This document shows, piece by piece, positions 53,581 through 64,000 of a stretch of DNA of 64,000 nucleotides. The notes beneath the pieces are model-generated. The model made no database searches. It saw nothing but the letters and a program-made list of their open reading frames with translations, and was not told where the DNA came from. How positions within the stretch are numbered: position 1 is the stretch's first letter; the number at the start of each line of letters is the position of its first letter. Both the position numbers and the translations under genes were made by a program. The stretch lies in the NCBI RefSeq assembly GCF_009914755.1, contig NC_060939.1; one strand, written 5' to 3'. The DNA comes from the human T2T-CHM13v2.0 reference genome, Homo sapiens.

Positions 53581-56500
53581 CACACAGTGGAGGCTGTCAG
53601 ATACGAGAAGAGCATTGAACGAGATGGTTAGGGCTTCCTGGAAGAAGTGACTTTTAACCTGAATTTGAAGATATAAACAGGAGATAGCCAGACGGGTGGA
53701 CCATCAGTCAGGACTAAGCAAGAAAACAGAGATCACACTGAGGATTTGCAATGCAGGGAGTTGGTGACTCAGGGATGAAGGAGCACAGTTTCTCCCACCC
53801 CTGGGTGCAGGCCTCCCTCCCCCAGCTCCAGGCAGAGGGCCCACTTGAGATCAGCACGTGCAAAGGCCCTGGTGCAGGAGGAAGCCTGGTGTGGTGGAGG
53901 AGCTAGAGGGCAGGCAGGGCAGCAGGGGCATTGGCAGTGACAGGAGGGTAGTGGGAGAGGGGATGAGAGGCACGGCCAGAGGCCAGGCTGTGACAGCTTC
54001 ATCAGCCTTGGCAAGAATTTGGACTCCATCCCAAGAAGGGTGGAAAGCGGAGGAGGGGCACTCCCACAGCTCCAACCCACCTGGCCTCCAAGGCCTTCTG
54101 ACCTGCACCCGCAGCCCCACGCTGTCTTCAAGAGGCCGGGAACCTTGGGTCCCACATCTTCACCTCCTTACTCAATATCTCCACTCTCTGTGGCCTCTGA
54201 AATCTAGAGCAGCCTGTTCTAACCTCCTCACCCCCACCCGGACCAGACCCTGGCCTCAAGGGCATGCTGTGGCCTTCATGCCCTGACCCAGTGTGGGCTC
54301 GGCCTGACTCCCACCTCTCACCAGTTCCCTCACCCGTCCCCAGGCTTCCCACCCTAGCCGAGGGCCCTGTCGCACTGTCTGTGGTGTTCACTTCCCAGGT
54401 GGTCTCTCTAGCTCCAGCCGCTGCCCCTCATCACCCTCCCTGCCGTCTCCAGAGTCTTGGTTCCCAGGCACTCCCATGAGACGACTTAGACCATCAGTGA
54501 GTCTTCTCAGCCAGCAGGGTGGAGATCAAACTCAGGGGCACGGCCTTTAGCAAGCTGGCACTGTTTTTCTTGCTCTTCCTGTCCCACCATAGGGCCAGTT
54601 GCTGCTCCCAGACGGACTGGCCCTTCAGGCCCGGGCACCTTAGCTTCCACTATTTCTTCCTGACTGGATTCTTCTCGGTCTCCAGGCAGAATGGCTCTCC
54701 CTGGCTGTAGGACCTTATGTTTGGGGGCCCAACTGTGATTTGTGGCCTCACTGCCAGCCCTGTGTGTGACTCACGGTGAGGCCTCAGCAGCTGTTCCCTG
54801 CACCCCCATCTAAAACAGCTCCCTGCACCCCCATTTCTCACTGGCAAGATGAAGCCTCAGACCTGGCAATCTCGCTCCACCCCTATTTAAACAAGGCAGA
54901 ACCTCTGATCTGGAATGTTCCCACTGCAGCCTCTCCCAGAGCCTTGGGAAGGAGTTGGCTAATACAATGCTGGGTGGCAGGGCTGTGCCAGCAGTGCAGT
55001 GATTTTTAAAATATGTGTTAGAGCCCTGGGTTTTTCCTATAAATGAGATGGTCGGCCATCATCCTAAATGTCACTCCCTCACTATTAGGCCACAGTGATG
55101 TTCCTAAAAGAGTCAACAGTAAAGACCTGTTTGTAGGTATCTAGGAGCCGGCAGCAGACCCTGGGGACACAGGACCAAACGTAGGGAGGTTTCAACTCTG
55201 GATCTCCATCGATTCTGAGCACCTCGGTGACCGGGGTGGGCTTCAGGCTTCCTGAGCTGGGGCTACAGGAGTGCAAAGGGGTTTTATGATGAGTCCATGT
55301 ATTAAATGAAATAAGGGCCCACAGAAAAGAGAAGGCTGGGACCGCAGGTGTCCAAGAAGCAAGGCACAGAGGCAAGCAGGTTCCTTCCCACACGCAGCTG
55401 AGGTCCACTCAAAAGGTGATCCTGAAGAAATTATGCTAGAATCAGCAGAGTGGGCCTCGGCTGAGTGTGGAATCCAGCCCACTACTTGCTGGCTGTGTGA
55501 CCCTGGACCAGGCACCTACCCTCCTATGCTTCCGTTTTCTCTGCTGCAGAAGAGGCTGCCAATGATGCCTTCCCTTAGGGAGTGAGCCAGGCCGTAATTC
55601 AAGGCTAGGCAGCACCTGGCAGCTGGCATGCTGGCAGCAGACCTCCTGACACACGTGCCCTTGGTTTGGCAGATGCTGGCAAGGGTTGTGGTGACAGCGG
55701 ACACGTGAACCACGACAGCTGGAAGGGAACAGTGGAGGGGAGGGCACTATGCTGAGTCACATTTAGACCTCACTAAAACCGAAGTGGTTCCTGTTAACTT
55801 GCTTTGGTCTATGTGGTGGATTTAGGGCTTCCAAAAATCCTCTTAAGGCTTTTTATATCCTCCTCACTATTTATAGTCTAAACTCCCCCAAATCCCCAAC
55901 CCAGACAAAATCATTCCTGCTATGTTTTCTTTCGATGCCAAGCTCACCAGCAGCAGAGAACATAGCTGCATGACATGGGGCCCGATAGGCTGCTCATGCC
56001 TGTGCCCCTCCCTCCAGGAGTGAGACTTGGGAAATCCTTTACCCTCTGCAGGTTCTGTGTTTATCCTTTGCAGGGTCACCTGCCACAATGTCCAACTCCT
56101 GCCACCCACAGGAACTCCAGCAATGCTACTGATTCCCACCATCCAATATTGTGATTTTTCAAAGGTTGAAAATTTGATAAGCAAACAACACATATGTGGC
56201 CCAAATAATTTTGCATCTGGGTCTTTTCATCTGGACTGAGGCCAATGCCCTTATTCTTCTTCCTTCTCCTTCGGAGCCCTTTCTCCCTCCATCCTGTAAA
56301 AGTAATCTTTCATTAGAAATCAGCAAAGTGGAACAGTATACTCCCTCCTGAGCATGTACCAGTCACAGGTCACAGGTGATCACCACTGTCAAGAAGAAAG
56401 TCTAATTCAGTCCTCACCTTTGATAGACGGGAAGTCTGGAACCTTCTTAGTCACGGCCTCTCAGGCAGAAGATAACAGAAGACTTGCCACAGTGCATGGC

Positions 56501-56659
56501 AGGGCCACAAGACAGCAGGAGGGGAAGTGACACTCAAGTCCTGTCTCCTGGAATAGGCAGGGGATGGTCCAAGTGAAGTGGGATTGCTCAGGCAGGAGGA
56601 GAAGAGGCAGAGGGGCACTGTGGCTAGGGAAGAGGCTCCAGCCCCGACCACCTGGGTTC

Positions 56660-56820
56660 TCATCCCAGCTCGGCCACCTCCCAGCTGCCTGACCTCAGAT
56701 GAGTCCATTGACCTCTCTGGGCCTCAGTTTTCCCAGCTGAGCATAAAATGGGCATATTTGTGTCCACCTTAAATGAATTAGTGTACAGTGCCTGGACCTG
56801 GGCCTGGCACTCAGACAGCA
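56660..56820 (+). mobile_element. MIR
   Basis: acctctctgggcctcagttttccc...aaaatggg...taaatgaattagtgtacagtgcctgg. Confidence 0.65.
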
Positions 56821-59024
56821 TTATGTGAGAGCTGTTCTCATCAGGCCAGAGGTTTAGCAATACCTCATTGCTACTTGTAAACATGCCTGGTTCTGGAAGT
56901 GTCTGTGTGGGTGTGTCTGAGTTAACACAGACATGCCCCAGGCTGGCCAACCCCACAGGCCGGACTTGTATCTCCCCCAGCAGAGACCCCCAGGCCAGCC
57001 TCTCCTCTCCCTCCACAGCCCAGACCTAGAAGGACTGCACAGCCTGGGGACCTCAGCTCCTTCCCCTACGTGCCTGGTGAAAGGAGGGAAACAGGCAGTG
57101 AAGAAAGAAGGAGCAGAGGAGGAGACAAAAACTCACCTCTCCTGAACCCTCTGTAAGGCTTTTGCATGCATTCGTGTCTGAGCTCCTAAAGTCCGTGTCC
57201 TGTTTTACAAACAAGAAAGCCCCGATCCTCCGAGGGAGCCAGGGCTTTGCCTGAGGTCTTGTCAGGTGAACAGTTAGGGTTCTGGAATGGGTGGCTGTGA
57301 AGGCACAAGGCAAAGGCAGAGGGAGGAGCCTGGGCAGCCACCCGGCCCCATCTCTTCCTGCCACGCCGTGAGGGCATCCTCAGATAAGGACCCAGGCACA
57401 AGAACCTTGACGGGAGGGGAGAAGGACACCCCGGCTGGCCCATCCCCACGGGTCGGTAGAAACAGGAGACAGGCCCGAGGACTCCCTGGTGACCAGGGAC
57501 CATCTGTGGCATCCCCCTCCAGGACTGTGCCCCGGGGAGAACCGCTCACTGGGGATCAGCAGGCTGCACTGTTGCCCCCTGGAGGATGCAGAAGGAGAGA
57601 GACACGGTGCCCGGACTCGGCAGCCCCATGATCCCAAGCTGGGAACCCCCCGGGCAGGCTTCAGACTCCTTTACTGTCTGCCTGTCACCCCCAGGCCCCT
57701 CCTGCCAGGGGGAGCTCAAGGGAGTGAGTCCCCCTGGTGGCGGGGAAGCCCGTCCTTTGGGATGGAAAAGCCCGAGGCCGCCCCAGCTCCCTGGCCACCA
57801 TCGTGCAAAGGCAGCAAGGCGGACAGTCAAAGGACGTGCATCCTGCAGGGGCTTGATCCTTTTGATGCCTACTGATGAGGGGCAAGTCACTGTCTATGAA
57901 GGGTCTACAATGTCCCCAAATTCTGCCCCTAATGTCGCTTTAGAAGTCAAGCCTATCCCTGCTAGTGGCATTTAGGAGCTGAATTATATCTTCTTTTAAA
58001 AAAGAAAAAAAAAGGCTTCTCTCCAGAGAAGTATTCAGATGCCCATGAGCTCTGCCATCCAATATGAATATTCCCTTAAAAATGAAAATTATGGCGCACT
58101 TAAAAAGGAGCATGTTATGTCAGCACCGGGGATAAGACAATTTATTACTGTCTACAAAAGGAAGGCTCTAATGCCGTGGTAGAGGCTGGCTCAGCGGGCT
58201 GTAAATTATGAGCCATTCTCTGGCTGGTGGAAATAAATCCTCTTGTCACTCACTGTGCTCTCCCCTTGACAGGCCAGCAGGCCGCCGGGAGCAGGCAGAG
58301 TCAGGAATTCCATGTCCGTGACCTGAGAGCCGCACCACTCCACCTCCTGGGCCTCACTCCGCCCTATACACGCGCACACTTAATGACATCTCTGATCATG
58401 TCTTCAGGACGCGTACCCTCTTTGACTTGAAAAAGTAACAACTGTTTGTGGCCTTCTCACAGGCCGAAAAGAACAAGCGGGGTCCAGTGGAGAAAGGTGA
58501 GCCATGGGAAGGCCTGGCCCGAGCACTGTGACTTCAGCGAGGCACCCTCCACCCCTCTCAGCTTTCCTGGTCTGAAAGCAGAATTTCGCCAGAGGGTGAG
58601 CCGACAGGTAGAGCTGTTTCCACCTGCGTGTGCTGCCTGTGAGCTGGGGAACTGCCCACACTGGGAGGGGTTGGGAAGCGTAGGAGGGCACCTGTCGCAG
58701 ACGTTGAGGAGGGGCTGCCTTTCCCCTCCAGGGGCTGACCTCCCAGGTGATTCCCAGAGCCAGACCACAATTCCAGAATTCAGTGAAAACAGCGCCAAAT
58801 CCTATTCCCTCCCGATCCCACCCTGATCCCTGCCTCTGGTAAACCGGTAAGTCTTGTTTTCCCCACCACCACCTCCCACTCACCACCTTCCTAAAGCGAT
58901 CTGTGCCATCAGCCCCTACTGTGAGTACAGCCCTCTAAGCCACTCAGAGGGACTTCCTTTGGAAGCTCACTGTCGGAGACATCCTGCATGCATCCAGGTA
59001 GAGACATCATGAACAAAGAATACG

Positions 59025-59341
59025 GGCCGGGCACGGTGGCTCATGCCTGTAATCACAGCACTTTGGGAGGCCGAGACGGGCAGATCATGAGGTCAGGAGA
59101 TCGAGACCATCCTGGCTAACACAGTGAAACCCCGTCTCTACTAAAAATACAAAAAAATTAGTCGGGCATGGTGGCGGGCGCCTGTAGTCCCAGCTACTCG
59201 GGAGGCTGAGGCAGGAGAATGGCGTGAACCTGGGAGGCGGAGTTCCCAGTGAGACTCACCCAGTTCTCAGTGAGCTGAGATCGCGCCACTGCACTCCAGC
59301 CTGGGTGACAGAGCAAGACTCCGTCTCAAAAAAAAAAAAAA
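59025..59341 (+). mobile_element. AluY with a 21-nt internal duplication/insertion
   Basis: AluY diagnostics (gatcgagaccatcctggctaacac, ggcgggcgcctgtagtccc, gaatggcgtgaacc); poly-A tail. Confidence 0.95.
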
Positions 59342-59440
59342 GTATGTATACTTGCTAGGCAGTAAGTATGATTAAATGTGTCTGCTGTGTAAGAACTTGG
59401 GATTAAATGTTTCCAAAGAATGGTTGAGGAATCAGCTGGT

Positions 59441-59636
59441 ATGATTGCCAAATAAATACTAGATGCCCAGTTAAATTTGAATTTCAGATAAACAGTGAAA
59501 ACACTTTTGGTTTAAGCGTACCTCACACAAAAGTTGGGATACACTTGCACTCATAAAATTATTTTTTATTTATCTGAAATTCAAATTTACCTGAGTGTCT
59601 GTCCTGTATTATTATTTGCTAAATCTGGCAACTCTG
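59441..59636. mobile_element. MER53 palindromic hAT MITE
   Basis: ttgcca...cagttaaatttgaatttcagataaa ... tttatctgaaattcaaatttacctg...tggcaa inverted symmetry. Confidence 0.85.
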
Positions 59637-61832
59637 GGTGGGCAGGAGGGTCAAATGCTCAAGCTGGGACTGGCTAGGGAAATGCATCCTTAATATTTTA
59701 AAAAGAAGTGGCAGGCACAGGTTTTGGTTGAAAAAATACAGAACATTTTCTCTTGGGGCCTGGAATCATGGCAACTTAAACCATTAAAAGTATCCTACTG
59801 ATCTCAAATACAGCCCATTAGGCCTCCAGGAAGATTAAAACAACAAAATAAATAAAAGTGACAAAAGAGACAGAGGGGAGAGAGATCAAGAACTAAATGG
59901 AACATCTGATATTCATGGAAGCTGTGATAGTTCCGAAACTGCACATTCGAGAAGTTTTGCCAGCTGGTATTTCAGGAAGGGTTTGGGGGAATGGGGGAAG
60001 AGCCCTTCTGCTGGCCCATCTCTCTTCTCGTCCCAGCCTCAATCCGCTCCAAGACAGGAAGAGCAAAGGCGAGAAGGAGCCACGCCCCAGGACCGATGAG
60101 GGCCAGCAGGAATATCACATCACCCACACCATTAGTTAGGTATGCCTGGTCTTCCCCGCTCAGCTTTCTTCCCTCCTCCCGTGGTCAACCCCAGACACCT
60201 CAGCAAAATGGACAGCCATCCAAGCCAGAGGCACCCCCTCCAAACAATTCTCATTCATTCTACTTCATCATTTTCTTTAACATCTTATTTGTCCTTGAAT
60301 TTTCTATTTTACCTTTCCTCCACTTTCTAGTTATTTTCCCCCTCCCCCAAAAATGTTTTCTGGTGGTCAGTAAGACACTTGCTCTCTCTGGAAGAACAGT
60401 GAAATCCCTGATGAGACCCAGTGTGAATTCACAGTGTCGTCATGTCTGTCCTGTGAGATTAGGCACCCATGAACCTTCCCAGCTTTGTGTGGATCGAGCA
60501 GGTAAGAACAGAACAACCATTTGCTGCTCCCAGTGCCCACGGTGAGATACACTTCAGAGGTGACAAATGGATCGTGCGGCAGCTCAGACCCCAGGCGGGA
60601 GGCCACGGGGACACCCACCACTCTTGGCACCGAGGGCTCCGCACGGTGGAGAAGATGTCGACAACCCTGTCTTCTAGGTTCAAACATCATGTCATGGAGG
60701 TAAAGGGAGAAAGCGTGAGGTTAAGGGCCTGCGAATCTGGCTTATCCAAGAACCTATTAACTGTAGTTCAATATTTACCAGCCCTTCTGAAGACATGTAG
60801 AAGAATGACAATGTTCAGACTATCAGTGTCAAGATTGTAAGGAGTCTGCCTGAGTCATGGGTTAAATGGTGCCCATGAATATTTTATTGAACTGTTTCCT
60901 AATTGTTTACAAGCTGGACATTTTTGTCAGCCATACACAGCAGCGTTGTGTGCTACCCAGAAGTTCTGACTCATCAACACTTTGTCGGGTTAGCAGAGAG
61001 CAGGCTGCACTTGCCATCTCGAACCCAGAGTTCTTTCTGTGCTGTATTATTTTGAGATTTGGTCCAGAGAAAAATGATGGATCAAGGCAGAAAAGCAGGT
61101 AACGGGCTGTCCCCAGGTGCGCACATTAAAAGGCAAAGAGCTATCGAAATGTCACAAACTTTCGTTACAGCCCATCATTGGAGAGCTTTTCCAGCCGAGA
61201 GCATCCACCTTGACATCCTCCCCTCCCCCAGCTCCATCAGGCACGAAGAGGCTCCTGCTGACAGACATTAGGGACACGAAGCAAACTGACACAGTGGATT
61301 AATCCTGGTGTCTGGGGAGCAGTTAGGACGTGTCATGTCAATAGGTGTCTGGGCACCTTTTAGACCAGGCCTTAATGGCCCAGCCTGGCCCTAATCGTCC
61401 CTCACATGCCACGGTTCTGCTCTTTCATCTTTGCTGTGTGTGTCCCATGAAGTCTCATTTTAAACAAGGCAGCAAGGCACAGTGACCACCGCAGAAATCC
61501 ACTTCCCTCGAGGCCTTGCCACGGATGCCAGCAGCGCCACCAGCCCCCATCCCCAAAGGAAAACACAACCAAACAGTCATTAAAACGAAGAAAACCACAA
61601 CCATGGTAAATTTGTCAGTGTTGGCGGAGAAGATAATGATACTGAAAATAGCCTGAAACTCTTTGTCAGATGGCTTGCATTTTTGGTCACAGGAGAACGT
61701 TTTCTATGTGACACGTGTAAGTGACCTGTGGGACCTTGTCATCAATGAGGTCAGAGCACTCACTGATGCTGAAATTTGGGGGGTTCCCCAGGCTGCCCTC
61801 ATCGTTCTTGCAACATGGCTGCCAGGGTAGTC

Positions 61833-62218
61833 GGTGTGAAGGATGGGGTAGGCTCACCCTGGATGTGAAGGATGGGGTAGGCTCACTCGGAGTGTGAAGG
61901 CATGGGGTAGGCTCACCCTGGGTGTGAAGGATGGGGTAGGCTCACCCTGGGTGTGAAGGATGGGGTAGGCTCACTCGGAGTGTGAAGGCATGGGGTAGGC
62001 TCACCCTGGATATGAAGGATGGGGTAGGCTCACCCTGGGTGTGAAGGCATGGGGTAGGCTCACCCTGGGTGTGAAGGATGGGGTAGGCTCACCCTGGATG
62101 TGAAGGATGGGGTAGGCTCACCCTGGGTGTGAAGGATGGGGTAGGCTCACCCTGGGTGTGAAGGCGTGGGGTAGGCTCACCCTGGGTGTGAAGGATGGGG
62201 TAGGCTCACCCTGGGTGT
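61833..62218. repeat. 29/30-bp minisatellite, ~13 copies
   Basis: Unit ggtgtgaaggatggggtaggctcaccctg with variants (actcgg, ggcatgg, gatgtg). Confidence 0.97.
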
Positions 62219-62761
62219 TTGCACCTGCGTCCTTGCTGCTTCCAGGTCCCTGGGACACGGCCTGTGGTCTGCACTGCTTGGGTGGTCCGTGGAACGTTTT
62301 GCTCACAATGTTCATAAGAAGTAATACAAAATAGTATCCTTCTCCCGCAAGGGTAGGGCCGGGAGAACTGGGAGAACAAGAGGCTATTGGCACCTGCCAG
62401 GTGGAAAGCAGGTGGACAACTCAACAGAGGGTCTGTCTGTTGGCACCCAGCGGTGGCGAACTGGTTATGTAAAAGAGAAAGAAAAAGGATACTAAGTCTC
62501 TTGAATGAAACTGGGCCCCATCACACGACTCTCTCATAAGCCCAGCACAGCTCACCAGGGCCTCTCTTGACCAGAGGCTTCTGCAGAATTCCATCAGAAT
62601 GGAGGCTCACACCTGCCAGTTGGCTCTATGGCTAAAGGTCGTAATAATAGAACATCTCTCATACCTGATATTTTTTAGATCTTCTGAATCACATTTTACA
62701 AAAACAACTTAGCAATTTTGATTCAAAATTCAGATGCTTTATTTTTCTTGTAATTTTCCTG

Positions 62762-62880
62762 CACACACACACACATACACAGCCATCAAACTAATACTTC
62801 ACACACACACACGCACACTGCCATCACACTAATACGACACACACACACACACGCACACTGCCATCAAACTAATACTTCAT
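62762..62880. repeat. ~39-bp repeat x3 containing (CA)n
   Basis: (ca)n...gccatca(a/c)actaatac x3. Confidence 0.85.
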
Positions 62881-63129
62881 ATCCACTGTAAGCTTATCTT
62901 TAATTTTGGGGCTGAATTTTGGGGCTGGAAGTACTAATGAGGAAGGGACTGTTCCCACCCTCTGGCAAGGCCACCATTCTGGAACCTGATGACAAATGCA
63001 TGACAGATTTTGAATATCCTCCTGTCTTGATTGCCTAAAGACTTGCTTTTCACTATCAGCATGTTTTCATATCTGGTTTTCAGAACATAAATGTATTCAC
63101 AATTCAACATTTTAGTTTATTCATTTAAA

Positions 63130-64000
63130 GCATTAAAAATGTTTCTCAGAGTATGCATGGTCGAGAAGGGCATATTATTAAAGCAAAAATCATCCACTCC
63201 ATTCCCTTGTCCTACCCATAGTCCCAGAGACCACCACCTTTCAGCGTTTCTGCATTTTGTGTTCCTAGTGGCTAGCATCCTCAGCCTACATGGCATCCTG
63301 ACATCTCTATGTCTATATTCAACTCAGGCTCTGTTGACGCCTTGCCATGAAACACAAGGCTTTAGCTGACTTACACTACATCTTCCCCTAAATTTTCACA
63401 GTTACATTGTTATTTTTAGTTTTCTGTTGTTTGCCTTTCCAACTTGCAATCTCTTATCTATCACTTCTTGTTCTATTGTTTTCAGATAATAGATCAGTTT
63501 CTCTTAGCCATACCTTAACTTTTATACTGTCAGAGTTGATCATTTTATATACTGTCTTATAAACATAAGGTTTTCATGTTTTGTCCACCAGTTGATTCTA
63601 AAAATATATTAAAAAAATAAACACTGTGTACATAATTATGACTTTGTAAATATTGTTCCTTCAAAGTCAATCAGTATGTTAGGATTTTATTTATTTTTCT
63701 CTAGGTCCAGTATCATTAACCATAAGTGACATGAAAGGTTAATTATTAAATTCATGTCACATCTTTATTTCCTTTATATTTAGACACAGACATAAATCTC
63801 CTAAATAGCTTTTTGTTTTTCTTGGGATTTTAAGTTGCACTACTTGTGTTTTTGTCAGATCCTCAGAATTACCAAACCTCTTAATCATACTGTTTCTTGA
63901 AGCTTTTTGCTGGACTATATTTTGCAGTAATAGAAAGGAAAGGGTGCTTTGGAGGCAAATTCTCTGAGTACTTGTAAAACTAAAACTCCTGCTCACGTGC
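63130..64000 (-). mobile_element. Old L1M fragment(s)
   Basis: T-rich degenerate sequence ending ggaggcaaattctctgagtacttgtaaaactaaaa, typical of antisense L1 ORF1/inter-ORF; boundaries uncertain. Confidence 0.45.

Noticed and set aside
61833-62218. CRISPR-like appearance of the ~29-32-bp repeats (also 36561-36687 and 45576-45709)
   Set aside because: Units are head-to-tail with no unique spacers, there are no cas genes, and the DNA is primate: these are minisatellites.

Overview
Primate (almost certainly human) genomic DNA. The only protein-coding feature is coding exon 1 of PCSK6 (PACE4, a proprotein convertase) on the minus strand, 44933-44637. It has 99 codons covering the signal peptide and the start of the prodomain, and lies in a CpG island. 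Positions 1-44636 are PCSK6 intron 1 (exon 2 was not seen in the window), and about 45000-64000 is upstream flank. The rest is mostly Alu, L1, L2, MIR, LTR/ERVL and DNA-transposon remnants plus several minisatellites; subfamily names are from recalled consensus sequences and need RepeatMasker confirmation. I cannot demonstrate a new biological system from sequence alone. The most unusual structure is a young, ~98% identical, non-Alu inverted duplication of ~255 bp (18172-18426 vs 19208-19463), copied into an old LTR33-like element with microhomology at the junctions. It should fold into a long dsRNA hairpin in PCSK6 pre-mRNA and could mediate an inversion. Other leads are an exact 17-nt copy of the exon-1 splice donor upstream with an opposed plus-strand donor, an E-box minisatellite in the promoter, a T-box-palindrome-like minisatellite 17 kb upstream, and a candidate liver/circadian intronic enhancer.
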